Part shown: in pieces, positions 48,887 to 62,588 of the stretch | Position numbering within the stretch: the first letter of the stretch is position 1 | Layout of the letters: each line of letters opens with the position of its first letter | Assembly: GCF_006345805.1 (NCBI RefSeq) | Contig: NC_042998.1 | Span: 84,072,001-84,136,000 of the forward strand | DNA from: Octopus sinensis | Taxonomy: Eukaryota | Length of the DNA: 64,000 nt | Direction: 5' to 3' | The notes under the pieces: model-generated | Told to the model about the DNA's origin: nothing | Seen by the model: the letters and a program-made list of their open reading frames with translations, nothing else | Databases searched by the model: none | Translations under genes and position numbers: made by a program

Positions 48887-49434
48887 GCGTGAGAGAGCAG
48901 TGCATGCCATCAAAGTGACACTGGGGTAAAATATACGAAGCCCAATATACCCATCATGACTACCCGTCTGATAAGGGTACACTAGGCACATGCATCACAA
49001 CCATATGTGCGCGACATGGTGATCTCATATCAAGATAAACAGCACATGACCTTGCAGGTGGGCCCAGTTAGAATTATCTCCTGGTCGAGTAACCCATCCC
49101 ATTTCAAAAGGTCCCTGAATAAGGGTCGTTTAAGGATGTTGAACGAAACACCCATGTTTCCAGAGGTGAATTATTCAAACCCCAAAGAATCCCTCTCAAC
49201 ACATAGCTATGATGCTCCCCTATTACTTCTGATCGTGATCAGAGATGCACATATCGTCAGCCACTAAGAGACATGCTCAACTGGTTAAAGTTAAACAACT
49301 GACAAGCAAATCTATGGTGTTGAGCAGAATATTTGTTGTAGCCCATCTTTTATACCAAGACAAAACAACGTACTTGATAACACTTCCAATCAGTTAAGAT
49401 CAGAAGCCACGGGAGCCACTAACTGCATCATGGC

Positions 49435-49437
<3 letters not shown>
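48887..49437 (-). repeat. ~550-bp non-coding interspersed repeat anchored in (TAA)n (further copies 49583-50080 and, in opposite orientation, 60478-61022)
   Basis: Three clearly homologous copies (gagagcagtgcatgccatcaaagtgacac...gatcagaagccatgagagcc), nearly all ends flanked by TAT/TAA repeats. Confidence 0.85.
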
Positions 49438-49486
<49 letters not shown>

Positions 49487-49510
49487 ATTATTATTATTAT
49501 TATCATCATC

Positions 49511-49542
<32 letters not shown>

Positions 49543-51374
49543 CATCATCATCATTATTATCATCATGACCATCATCATTATTGAGTAAGAGAGCAGTGCA
49601 CACCATCAAAGTGACACTAGAGTACAAATATTCGAGGCCCAGTATACCCATCATGACTACCCGTCTGATAAGGGTACACCAGATATATGTACGTGACATA
49701 CTGACATTATGTCCAAATAAACTACGCATAACCTTGCAGGTGGTGCCCGGTTAGAATTTTCTTCAGATCGTGTAGCCCATCCTGCTCAGATAGTCCCTGA
49801 TTAAGGGTTGTTTAAGGATATTGAAAGAAATACCATGTTTCCAGAGGTATATTATCCCAACCCTTCAGCACATATAATATTCTCCCACTACTCCTGCTCC
49901 TGATCAGAGATGCACACACTGTCGGTCACTAAGGGACAAGCAACTGACAAGCAAACCTGTGGTATCGAACAGAATATTTGTTGTGCCTCATCTTTTTATG
50001 CCAGACAAAACATATACATGTTAACACTTCCGATCAGTTAAGATCAGAAGCCATGAGAGCAACTGCCTAATATTGCATCAGGCGAGCTGGCAAAATCGCT
50101 AGCATACCGGGCGAAATGCTTAGCGCTATTTCTCCCGTCGCTACGTTCTGAGTTCAAATTCCGCCGATGTCGACTTTGCCTTTCGGGGTCGATACATTAA
50201 AAACCAGTTACGCACTGGGGTCGATAAATTTACATTTACTGCTAGACATTTTGGTACAGTCAGAGATGGGAGAAGCATGTACAGCAATAAGAAATAGGTG
50301 TTATATATAATGTTTAGGTGTATAATGGAAACGAGATATAACATTCATTGCTTAAGCAAAATATCAATTAACATGGGATTGTCTAATAATTAAGAGGGGA
50401 CTACTGTTTGTAATTATATTGTGTAGAATATGTATGCAGATTAATAGTGGGGGAAATACTTTGGGTGGGAACAAAACAAACTAACATGTAATTAGTCAGG
50501 AATAAGATAGATATGTTTGTAAAATCTCACATTAATTTAAATTAGGCTATTGTAGTAGTATTTGCTTGTTCAATGTAATTATATGTAAGTAGTATATAAC
50601 CTATGGTCTAGGATGGAAGTTACTTACATGTCTGGGTAATTATCGAATTTAAAGTACGGATGAGTATAGTTTTTGATGCAAAAATAAATAATGTCAGAAG
50701 GTGTTTGACTATGTAATAAAGCAGTTACATTAAGTATATAAAAAAAATACAAATGTATTTGGCACAGCTTTATGATCTACTGTTGTAATTTCGACTGAAA
50801 TTAATATCTTAATTATAAGAGTAAATGAAGTTTTTGTACATTGTTCAAAATGTACAATTGCAAATGGATTTGAAGACAGTTGGTTAAACAATTGAGGTGT
50901 GTATCAATATCAACAGCTTTTATATCGATTATCCTCAGCGAAGATTTGATGTCGAATGTAAAACAGATATAGTGTTTGTAAAAATTAATGATTGCTCGGC
51001 ACTTATAGATAATTAACGTTTGAATATTCTTTTCTACTCGAGGCATAAGGCACGAAATTTTGAGGGAGGAGGCCAGTCGATTACATCGATCCCAGTACGC
51101 AACAGGTACTTAATTTATCAACCCCGAAGGAATGAAAGGCAAAGTCGACCGCGGCAGAATTTGAATTCAGAACGTAAAGGCAGACGAAATACTGCTAAGC
51201 ATTTCGCCCGGCATGCTAACTTTTCTGCCAGCTCAGTGCCTTAATTAACGCTTGAATATTATTGTTGATCTCCACAAGTTAGAGTAGAGAAGAGGTTTCA
51301 AATGCATTAATGCTTTAAATATTCCAGGTGCACAAGATGGTGTACATTTTAGATGGCAGTTAAGAGGTTTATGG

Positions 51375-51680
51375 GAAGGCGTGTGGAATAGTGGTTAGAG
51401 TATTCAGCTCATAATTACAAGGTCGAGAGTTCGATTCTCGGCGGCGCGATCAGTCCTTGAGCAAAGCATTTTATTTTGGGTCGCTCCAGTCCATGCAACT
51501 GGCAAAAATGAGTTGCACATGTATTTGAATGGACCAACCTTGTCACATTCTGCGTCATGTTGAATCTCCATGACAACTGCGTTAAATGTACGCGTGGCAG
51601 TGGAGTGCTCAACCACTTGCTTGTTAATTTCACGAGCGGGCTGTTCGGTTGACGGCCAACTGAAACCCTCGTCATCGTAA
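51375..51680 (+). mobile_element. SINE family C, near full length
   Basis: A box gtggaatagtggttagag, B box gagttcgattctc, then ccttgagcaaagcatt. Confidence 0.7.
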
Positions 51681-52192
51681 CCGACGGATGTCAGTTTAAG
51701 GTGTTATATGTTTACAAAGAGATTTTTCTAGATATTCTGTTGTACAAATTTGGCAAGCATATTTGCTTCTTGTTTAAGAATTAAGGAAAGAGGAAATCAT
51801 CCTTTAACATTTAATATTTGATATTTATCAGTCGGAGATTCCACATAAAAATCGAAATGGAAGTGTCATTGCTGTTATGGTAACGGAACATATACGAACG
51901 TTGGTTATACCTTAATTTGAAGGGATTCTTAGTGAATTCGATGTATGACATTGATATGTTGTTCGTTTCTATAAAAGCGCAATTCTTAAAAATTTACTTT
52001 TACAGTTTAGTTCACAGATATTTGGATTTATACTATTTCAGTTTAAGGTATTAAAGTCTGAGTAACAATTTTCAGTTAGAATTCATTAGAGTTTGTGCAA
52101 AAAAAATTTGTGCAGTTGAATGGGAATATAGTTTTTATCTAAAATTTTACGATCTTAAATAATTTTATTCTCTTCATTTTCTCCCACTATTT

Positions 52193-53245
52193 GGGAGCCC
52201 AAATGGTGGAAGAAAATGGAGAGAAATAGCAGGTGAGTCAGGTGTTTGCTGATGATACAGCACTGGTAGCGGATTCGGAAGAGCAACTCGGGAGATTGTT
52301 GATAGAGTTTGGAAGAGTGTGTGAGAGGAGGAAGCTGAAAGGGAATATAGCTAAGAGTAAGCTTATGAGATGTTCGAGAGATGGAATGGCTGGTAGGATG
52401 GAATTGAGTATAACTGGTGAGATGTTAGAGGAGGTGAGATGTTAGAGGAAGTGAGATGTCAGAAGTGATTGTTTTTAAGTATCTGGGATCACATGTGACG
52501 GCGGATGGGGGATTGGCTGAGGAAGTGGGATTTTAGAGTGAGGGAGAGGAGCAAGATACTTGGAGCTGTGAAAGGTATGCTGAGAGATAAAATGTTGTTA
52601 TGAAAGCGAAAAGAAGTGTGTATGAGGGCATGACTGTGCCTATAATGTTATATGGTGCAGAAACATGGGGGATGAGAGAGGCGGAAAGGAGGAGACTAGA
52701 AGTGTTTGAGATGAGATGTTTGAGGGCTATGGTTGGTGTGAAACGGAAGGACAGGATGAGGAATGAGGAGGTGCGAAGGCGAGCAGGAATGAGAGAAAAA
52801 CCAACAACCAAAATGGATAGACAAACGTTGAGGTGGTTTGGCCACATGGAGAGGATGGATGAGGAGTGGATGGTAAGGTGGGTGATGAAGGCAGAAGTGA
52901 TTGGCAGCAGAACAAGAGGCAGACCTCAGTTTGTGTGGAGGGATGGAGTGAGGAAAGCTTTGGTGGTTACAGGTGTTGAAGTGAGAGAGGTAAGAGAGCT
53001 TATAAATGATAGGAGAGCTTGGAGAGTGTCTGTGGACGGATAAGTGAATGCGATGTTGCTCAAAGGGGTACGGAACCAGCATGATGCGGCGGGGGGCAAA
53101 CCAGTACATCCTGTCGGACCCCGCTGCTGATATTGGGAGTTGCGTTCTCTTCTTTGACCCGAGCATAGAACGGGGCTCGCCTCTTTGAGCTGGGGAATGA
53201 ATGGAATGCCTGGTGTGTATCTTGTGGCTACCCGCTCCTAAAAAT
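52193..53245 (+). mobile_element. 5'-truncated RTE-clade LINE (RT C-terminal half plus 3' UTR)
   Basis: FADDTALVADSEEQL...CERRKLK.N..KSKLMR; FKYLGS; VPIMLYGAETW...EMRCLR...LRWFGHMERM...RGRP...WRDGV. Confidence 0.9.
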
Positions 53246-53276
53246 GGGGAATAGGCCTGGGTATATAAAAAAATTT

Positions 53277-53368
<92 letters not shown>

Positions 53369-53370
53369 CC

Positions 53371-53683
53371 ATTAAGTACAGAACATCACCAACGAGTGAA
53401 ACATACGTAAACACACGAGAGATAAGTACAGAACAAAATACCAAAAGAGGATAATTCGCTCGTCAGTTGTCGACTGTTTTACTACTCCTATTTCGTGCTT
53501 TTAACAAGATAAGAAAACTTCGGATGCTGCTGTCTTATGAAGTCTTCCCAAAAGAATGAAATAGGGAATAGTAAAACAGTCGACAACTGACGAGCGAGTT
53601 ATCTTCTTTTGGTATCTTGTCCTGTACTTATCTCTCGTGTGTTTACGTACTTTTTCACTCGTTGGTAATGTCCTGTACTTAAT
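53371..53683. repeat. Imperfect inverted duplication (~115-bp arms) next to (GATA)n; third partial copy 54245-54340
   Basis: attaagtacag...cgctcgtcagttgtcgactgttttacta mirrored by tagtaaaacagtcgacaactgacgagcg...ctgtacttaat. Confidence 0.8.
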
Positions 53684-54603
53684 TTGTATGTTTTATTTAC
53701 TTATAATCGAATGCAACGCAGCCGTGTACACAGTAAGTTCTTACATTTATCTATAATTTCTGCGACTCCACACTCTGTATTCTTTCTTTCTCTTTATCCC
53801 TCTATAATCCTCTATATTTTCCTTTCTCCCCCTCCTTCTTTGCTGTCCCTTTTCCTTCTTTCTCCACTCCCTACTATCTTTCGTTCCTTCTCCCTTCTCC
53901 TCACTCTCTTTGTTTATTTCCCTCATCCTCTCTCTTGTCCCCCTTCCCTTCTACCTGTTGCTCACACGTGACTACTACTCATTTCTCTTGTTTTTCTGGG
54001 CAAGACGTCAACTGGGCTGGGCGTCATTTCTCTCGCCTCCCGACATTTTTTCTCTTCTACTATTTTCTTCTCTTCTATTTATTCTATTTCCTTTAAAAAT
54101 TTCTCCCAGGCGTTACCCATCACAATTCGTCTTAGCTTAACGGTCCTTAATGTTTGTCTTCGTCGATTGTTTACTTTGTACGTCCACTCAGTTGTTGTTT
54201 GTTCGTTCGAAGCCCTAACTCTCCACAAATTCTATATTTTAAAAATGTCTGGATGCTGCTGTCTTATGAAGTTTTCCTATCTTGTCGTTAAAAGCACGAA
54301 ATAAGGAGTAGTAAAACAGTCGACAACTGATGAGCGAGAGAAAATTTTTTAAAAACGTAGAGAGAATTTTTTTAGTGATTAACAGTTCAACATGAGGAGA
54401 TAGCCAGAAGGCAGAATGAAAAGGAGATAATTACGCAGATGGAGTGATATGCGTTACATGTACTGGATGTATGTATGCGGTTATTATATGTGTGCACGTA
54501 TGCGTGCGGTTATCATGTGTGTGTACAAACGCAAGGCCTGGGTGTGTGTGTGCATGTGTACAAGTAACCTAGTGTATGTGTTGTGTGGTGTGATGTGCAT
54601 TCT

Positions 54604-54634
<31 letters not shown>

Positions 54635-54794
54635 CACGCACACGCGCATATGGACGTGTGTATATGTGTGAGTTTGTGTATGGACGTGCGTACATGAGAC
54701 TAATGTGTGTGTGTGTATGTGCATGCAAACGCTTGTGTTTAGCAGTTGATATGTGCTTATTTATGTGGTGCGTACACGTGTATATATATGTAAA

Positions 54795-55200
54795 GGTGAC
54801 GAGCTGACAGAAACGTTAGCACGCCGGGCAAAACGCGTAGCTGTATTTCGTCTGCCATTACGTTCCGAGTTCAAATTCCGCAGATGTCGACTTTGCCTTT
54901 CATACTTTCGGGGTCGATAAATTAAGTACCAGTTACGCACTGGGGTCGATGAAATCGACTTAATCCGTTTGTCTGTCCTTGTTTGTCCTCTCTGTGTTTA
55001 GCCCTTGTGGGTAGTAAAGAGATAGGTATTTCGTCTGCCGCAACATTCTGAGTTCAAATTCCGCCGACTTTGCCTTTCATCCTTTGGGGGTCAATAAATT
55101 AAGTACCAGTTACGCACTGGATTCGATGTAATCGAGTTAATCCCTTTTCTCTGTTCTTGTTTGTCCCCACTATGTTTAACCCCCTGTGGGCAATAAAGAA
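54795..55200 (+). mobile_element. Tandem SINE family A copies
   Basis: ggtgacgagctgacagaaacgttagc...gagttcaaattccg; second, head-less copy starts ~55021. Confidence 0.85.
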
Positions 55201-55531
55201 ATATATGTGTGTAACTGTGACCGTACCGTGTGCATGTGTACAGCATTTGTTTGTGGGCGAAAGTTATGTCTCTATGTATGTTGTTTATAACATACATATT
55301 ATACGTACGTACATACATATGTACAAACAGACAGACAGACAGGCAGGCAGGCAGGCACGTTATCCTATTATATATCTTAATATATATTTAAAACAACGTT
55401 CGTTTCCGTACAGACTTCCTCCCGGTTTCTCAGCATATGTACAGAAGCCGACTGACTTCAATTTCACATACACACACGTACATGCATAAATACATGCTCT
55501 CACACACACCACACACACACACACACACACA

Positions 55532-55578
<47 letters not shown>

Positions 55579-56092
55579 CATGTGTGCGTGTGCGTGTGTG
55601 TGTGTGTACATAAACACTTAAACACACACACACATGCTTATGCTTATTAAATCATTTTGTCTGTGATTATCATTTCGAAATTTGAACGAAGTAATTATAC
55701 ATTAAGTAGAAGGCAATAAAAACTTGCTTTAAAACTTTTGTGCAACAGAATACAGATATGACATACGAATAACTCTTCCCAAGTATTTAAACTCTACAGA
55801 CACTGTAATGCTACTGTAGCATACATGCGTAAACTAATAAACGAAGCAGTGCTTCAAACTCAATCTCTCTGTGTTGTGTATTGCAGGGTAACTTAGTATG
55901 TAAGCACAAATGCAATTATAGAATTAAATAATAGTAAAGGAAATAAATTTCAAACTGAGAATAACTTTAAATTTAATCGTGACTAAAATTTGTCGGAACT
56001 TCTAAGAAGACGCCGTATGTTTAAAATTAAATATAAATTAAGATTATATAGGAAAAACCATCATGACTTTCTCTAGCTTCCTTTTGCTCTCA

Positions 56093-56137
<45 letters not shown>

Positions 56138-56159
56138 GCTCTATCGCAAACATGTCTAA

Positions 56160-56610
56160 CAGCTTGAGCAATTACACAACGTTCCCCTACGATTCATCTT
56201 GCAAATTCGCTTGCACGACCGTGTCATCAGCCCTAACGAACTGATAGAACCAATTCCACATGCATCAAAGACATGATTTAGGCTCACCTCAGATGGATAG
56301 GCTACATAATGAATCTGGACAAGCCCAGAATGCCTCAAAGATATTTTACAGGTGGCTAGATCAAGGCAGTTACGCTCAGAGTCACCCAAAATAGCGCTAT
56401 AGGGACAACTTTTGATTGTAGCTGAAGTAGTTCTAATTCCAACCATAGGAACTTGAGGCGATGGCTGTGATCCGATGTAAGTGGCGCTGCCGATTCTTAA
56501 GAGTAGCACGCAACTTTGAGTCGAGTAGTATCTGCATGCTTCAAGGCAAGCAATGAAAGACATTGAAAAGCGTCTCTTCCTGCACATAACACCGCTGTTC
56601 CTATCTCACT
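56160..56610 (+). pseudogene. Old RTE (BovB-like) LINE 3' fragment
   Basis: Frameshifted LEQLH..PLRFILQIRLHDRV...LRWIG.IMNLDKPRMPQ.IF..WLDQG remnants. Confidence 0.6.
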
Positions 56611-57051
56611 TGCAGTCTTATCTGCGCGTCTGACGTTTGTGCTGACTACCTATATCCTGTAAAGACGAGTCCAAACTATGGGCGTGTTACACTATTGGAA
56701 AGATGTCAGTTGATTTACAGAACTCTTTATTGAATGAGTTATTCCAAGTTAATGGATAAAGTTTGCCAACCGTATCCCATTTAATGTCGGCTAGAATATG
56801 GTTGGCAAACTTTTCAATTCCCTTTTTTTTAAGATTCCTGTTATTCCAATTGCATTATTCCGATCTTCATCATGTTTTATTTCGATCTCCAAGTTTTTGT
56901 ATTTATTCAGCTTTTTTGTGATTGTACTGGAAGTATTTCTTTCGGGATGCATTTCAATGTCGATAAGTATACACATCCTGTCCTTCTCGTCCCTGTTCAC
57001 CATGTCAGGTTTATTGACTTTTATCTCTGACAAGTGTAGATAGATATATTA

Positions 57052-57263
57052 GGAGCTAAACATAGAGGGGACAAACAAAGACAGACAAAGAGATTAAGTC
57101 AATTTCATCGACCCCAGTGCGTAACTGGTACTTAATTTATTGACCCCGAAAGGATGAAAGGCGAAGTCGACCTCGGCGGAATTTGAACTCAGAACGTAAC
57201 GGCAGACGAAATACGGCTACGCATTTCGCCCGGCCTGCTAACGTTTCTGCCAGCTCGCCGCCT
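57052..57263 (-). mobile_element. Young SINE family A copy
   Basis: Near-identical to 12349-12580. Confidence 0.9.
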
Positions 57264-57669
57264 AACAGGTGTAGATAGATATATGCCAATAGATGGGGAC
57301 AATCATTGCTGTCAGTGACCATGTTTGGCTGACGTTCTTACTTCCTCTCAATTATCTTGATTTTGTAATAGCTGAATATTTTTTCTGTTGTTTGTGGATG
57401 TATTCAGTCTTCGCTTATTATTCGAGTTAATTCAGGATTAGTCTTATTATTGATAGAATTTATGTGAGTAGCCAATCCTGAGTCAACTCGAATAATAGCG
57501 AAGACCGAATATATCCACAAACATAACAATGCTGCAGTGTAAACTATAGTTGTTTTTTTTTGTTTTTTTTTTGTTGTTGTTGTTGTTGTTGTTGCTACTG
57601 CTGCTGCTACTACTCTTGTTGTTGCTGTTGTTTTGCTTTTATTATTATTGCTGTTATTATTGTTCGAGC

Positions 57670-58480
57670 TTTTAAATGTTACATTAGTTGACGGGGATGT
57701 TTTGAGGTATGTGGAACAAGTCTCCTCAAATCTCACGAATCTTTCTTGAAATTCTTGTAGAATACAGGGTGGCACTTTTCTGTAAGTCAACAATGCTTCA
57801 CTTAATTCCAGTATCCTTCAGTCTCCTAGGTAGCTGTTTGGGTGTTTTGCCAAGTGTACCAGTTACCACAGGAACAATTGTCACCTTTGTCTGCCACAAT
57901 TACTTCATTACTCCTGATAGTTCTAAATTTTCTTAATTTATTTGGTATCCACTCAATGAGTTTACGCAGTCTATGATCTTACTCTGTTTACTTTGCTTTC
58001 TATGATCACATCTGGTCTCCTTATTTCAGTAGTATGGTCAGTCTTTGTGAAGAAATCCTATAAAATCTTGTAATTATTATTCATACCATTTTTTTTTTGC
58101 TAGTTTCTGCTACTCACACTCGGCTAACAACTCTATGCACAGTTTTTACCAATACAGTTATGCTTACGCTTATACTCTTTTTGTGCCAGTTTACTACACT
58201 CATTCAAGAGGTTAGTACTTTCGCTTCCTCTTCCACAGATTCTGTGTTTGCTCTCTCACTGAATTTTATTAATCTTATTTTCATCAAGTTCGTTCTAATA
58301 ACTTGATTCTGGGTAGCTTTAATTAGAGATTTAGTGCCTTGTTTCAAATTTTCATTTGTCACTCACAATCAGCGTTCATTACATCAAAATTCTTCGGTTT
58401 GTTACATGAATTAGCCATGTAATTCCTTCTCTTTCCAATTGTTCGTCCTATACTTCTTTGAAACAAAACAAAATTGATAA
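57670..58480 (-). mobile_element. Old Dong/R4-type 3' fragment (another at 56770-57035)
   Basis: KLAQKEYKRKHN; IVPVVTGTLG...DLQKSATL; KPDMV..DEK..CILIDI. Confidence 0.65.
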
Positions 58481-59379
58481 ACAGTTTCCCCTACCGTTGA
58501 GGTACAAACCTCTAGGTAGGAGAGATGAATAATTTCCCCTAAACAGAGTAGTGTGTCTTAAGTGTCGGAAAAACAAAAACTAAAAGAGAATTTTAAAATT
58601 TTGAAGAAAAAAAACTAAATAAACTTAACAGAAAGCAATACATTAATAATGGAATTGCTGAACATAGAAAAAATGGGAGAGGATAGAGGAAAAGAAGAAA
58701 GAATCAGAAAAAATGAGAAATTAAGAAAAAAAGGCATTGAAGCATGCACATATGCCAACATTAGTGCATGAGCTTTTGTGTAGTTAGTCAAGTGAAGATA
58801 GTATGACTTAGTTACGTAACTGGATTATTCAATTGCTTCGTGAGAGAATGTTAATTCTTCGAAAGCTCAGAATAAGGAAAGTTCTTTTTGTTCTATATGT
58901 TAAGATAAATCCAATTTTGAGGGTAACATTTGAAACACCTGCAATATGTATGTTCGTGCTTATTCTCTTTTAGAGTGCTACACTTGATAGCATAAAAACT
59001 GCACGGTTATATTAGAAGCACCCGAATTTCAGCAGCTTATATTCAAAACAGCTTTTAATGCATAAAATCTTATGTGAGACACATCTTCGCATATGCGACC
59101 AAGAGTGATTTTTTTACTTTTTAGATATTACATTTGCTTAAGTGTGTTTTATGTCTTCAAATCTAGTAAAGTGTAACTTTCAATAAAAAAAGTGTTGTTT
59201 ACTAACAAAGCCTTTCAAATGCTTCTTTGTTGAATTAGGGCCGCATGGATTTTTTCACCCCCTTTTCATTCAACTGTTAATCAATCTCCAATGTGCCGGT
59301 ATATCATTCATGTATTGAGCATCGAATGTGCCTCTCGCAGTTGTTATGTATGTCATTCTTTCCAGAAAGACATCACCAT

Positions 59380-60189
59380 GCAAAGCAAAATTTTCATTAT
59401 CCCCTCATCATTCTCAATTATCTGTCAGACCCAAAGTGCCGATACTGCAACGATGGGATAGAAACAGTCGACAACCTTATCACTGGATGTTTGGTTTTAG
59501 TACATGTAGAGTACAAATCAAGATATGGCAGAGTTGGTCAATATCTACACTGGATAATGTGTCGGCATTATAAAATCAAAACTGCTGACAAATGAGCTGT
59601 AACTGAGGGAGAAAATGTAAATATTATTTGGAACTTCCCAGTATGTACAGACTGGACCATCAAAGCAAACAAACCAAGACTAAAACAATAAAGTTTGTTT
59701 ATTGATTGACATGAGCATACCCTGTGAGCATAATATCTCGGCAAAAGAATTTGATAAGCTCAGAAAATATAACGATTTGCTAATCGAAATCGGAAAGATG
59801 TGGCATCTCAACACGGTTACAATACCAGTGATTGTAGGAGCACTTAGAATGATCAAAAAAGGAACTGAAAATTATTTAAGAATGACTCCTGGCTTACCAT
59901 CCATACAGGAAGTGCGAAAGAGTGTCTTGACTGGTATATCAGACACACTGAGAATAGCATTGTCGCTGTAAATTTTCTTTCTCTTTTCCCTTTTATTTTG
60001 TTTGTTTACTTTTTTATTTCTTATCTTTTCGTTTTCCTCTCTCTCTTTCCCTTTTTCTCTGTCACATGACTTTGTAAATGGACAATCTGGTGTGTTTATT
60101 TTGATGGCCTACCAATGTATACAGTACGTGTCTCTCCCCTGGGTGTCAGGAAGACACTCGGCAAGAAATGGAAACAGAACTGAAAAAAG

Positions 60190-60190
<1 letters not shown>
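59380..60190 (+). mobile_element. Dong/R4-type LINE 3' fragment ending at (TAA)n
   Basis: DPKCRYCNDGIETVDNLITGC...RYGRVGQYLHW; MIDMSIPCEHNISAKEFDKLRKY...IPVIVGAL...IQEVRKSVLTG. Confidence 0.85.
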
Positions 60191-60222
<32 letters not shown>

Positions 60223-60431
60223 TAATAATAATAATAATAATAATAATGGCTTCAAATTTTGCCACAAGGGCGGCCATTTTGGGGGAGGGTATGAGTCGAT
60301 TACATCGACCTCAGTGTTTCACTGGTACTTAATTTATCGACCCCGAAAGGATGAAAGGCGGAATTTGAACTCAGAACGCAAGGTGTGCTAACGATTCTGC
60401 TAGCTCGCCGCCTAACTAATAATAATAATAA

Positions 60432-60477
<46 letters not shown>

Positions 60478-61396
60478 GATGCAGTACCAGGCAGTGGCTC
60501 TCATGGCTTCTGATCTTAACTGATTGGAAGTTTGTTATCATGTACATTGTTTTGTCTTGGTATAAAAGATGGGCTACAGCAATATTCTGCCTCAATACCA
60601 CAGATTTGCTTGTCAGTTGTTTGACCTTAACCAGTTGAGCATGTCCCTTAGTGGCTGACGATATGTGCATCTCTGATCACGAGCAGAAGTAGTGGGGGAG
60701 CATCATAGCCATGTGTTGAGAGGGATTCTTGGGGTTTGAATAGTTCACCTCTGGAAACATGGGTGGTTCTTTCAACATCCTTAAACAACCCTTATTCAGG
60801 GACCGTTTGAGCAGGATGGGCTACTCAAAATGAAGAAAAATTTAACTGGCCCCACCTGCAAGGTCATGTGCTGTTTATCTTGATATGAGATCACCATGTC
60901 GCGCACATATGTTGTGATGCATGTGCCTGGTGTACCTTTATCAGACGGGTAGTCATGATGGGTATATGGGCTTCGTATATTTTACCCCAGTGTCACTTTG
61001 ATGGCAGAATGCTCTCTCACTCAATAATAATTAATAATATAATAATCCTTTCTACTATAGGCACGTGGCCTGAAATTTGGTGGGAGGGGACTAATCGATC
61101 ATATCGACCCCAGTGCTTCACTGGTACTTAGTTTATCGACCCCGAAAGGATGAAAGCAAACTCGACCTCGAAGGAATTTGAATTCAGAACGTAGCAACTG
61201 GTGAATAATAATACTACGATTAGTTAACCTATTAATTAATGGTATTTAATCAATTCTTGTTTTATTTTCTATATATTTTGTATTTATTTCTAGGATTTCT
61301 TAAAATAATGAGTGCCTTTATCTGGTTTCCGTTTTGTTTTTGTTTACTTTTTGCTTTGATCTTTAAACTGTGCACTTCCGTTTCGTTTGCATGCAT

Positions 61397-61431
<35 letters not shown>

Positions 61432-61843
61432 CCTGTGTGTCTGCATGTATATCTGTGTGAGGGATGGTTGTGGTATATATATATAATATATATATATAAA
61501 GGGGTTTTCTATGATTGTGTATAGACGGATATATATATTATCAAAGAAGAAATTTCAACACGTCTGTTTTTTATGTTTTATTATATTCTTTATAATATTA
61601 ATGTAGAATATAGAAATATAGTATAAATAATATATATAATAAATAAAATGAATTGAAGTATTGATTGTCTTATTGAATAGATGAAATATTGAATATAAAA
61701 TATTAAGGGACTAGTATACTTTCTTGCATTATAGCAGTCTTCAAGGTCCCAGGTTGTGACAGGAGGTGTTTAACTGTTGAAACACTTTGGAATTTCTTTG
61801 AATATATATATATATGTGTGTATATATATATATATATATAATA

Positions 61844-61933
<90 letters not shown>

Positions 61934-62554
61934 ATATATATTACCCTGCCCCACTGATGAGGTCTTACTGTGTAGTAAGTTCAAATAAGTTCAATGCTAG
62001 CTTCCATATTACCTTTGATGTAAGCTCATTTCCTTGCTATTTTACGCATTGGATTGCAGCGGAAATCGCTAGCGATGATCCATGGCAACGCTAATGCAAC
62101 AGCATTCATTAATATTTAACACAACATCCACCACCTTTAAATAAAGTTAATAAATCTTTTATCTCATTCTCTCTCGTTTTCACAAGTTCTCGCTTTCTTT
62201 TTCTCTACCTCACTCCCCACCCCTCTCTCTCTCTCTCTCTTTCTCTCTCATTTTTCTATTTCTTTATTCCCCTTTCTCTCCCTCTCTGTCTCCTTTCTAT
62301 CTATCTATCTTTTCTACATTATGCTTGAGGACAGTTGAAAATCCATGGCTGTCTTTTATGTTCGTATGAAATGTATGTGTGTATACACACACATATATAT
62401 ATACATACATACATACATCTTATATATATATATATATAATATATATATATATTATTACACATATATATATATATAATATACATAGTATATATATATATAC
62501 ATTACATATATATGTACATATATATTACTACATACATATATATAATATATATAC

Positions 62555-62582
<28 letters not shown>

Positions 62583-62588
<6 letters not shown>

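Noticed and set aside
56156-56587. Minus-strand 143-aa ORF as a gene
   Set aside because: It is the antisense frame of a decayed RTE fragment on the plus strand.
61945-62000. CUGAUGA-GGUCUUAC...GUAAGUUC-AAA next to (TA)n
   Set aside because: G12 is missing and no helix I or III partner was found; at best a dead remnant.
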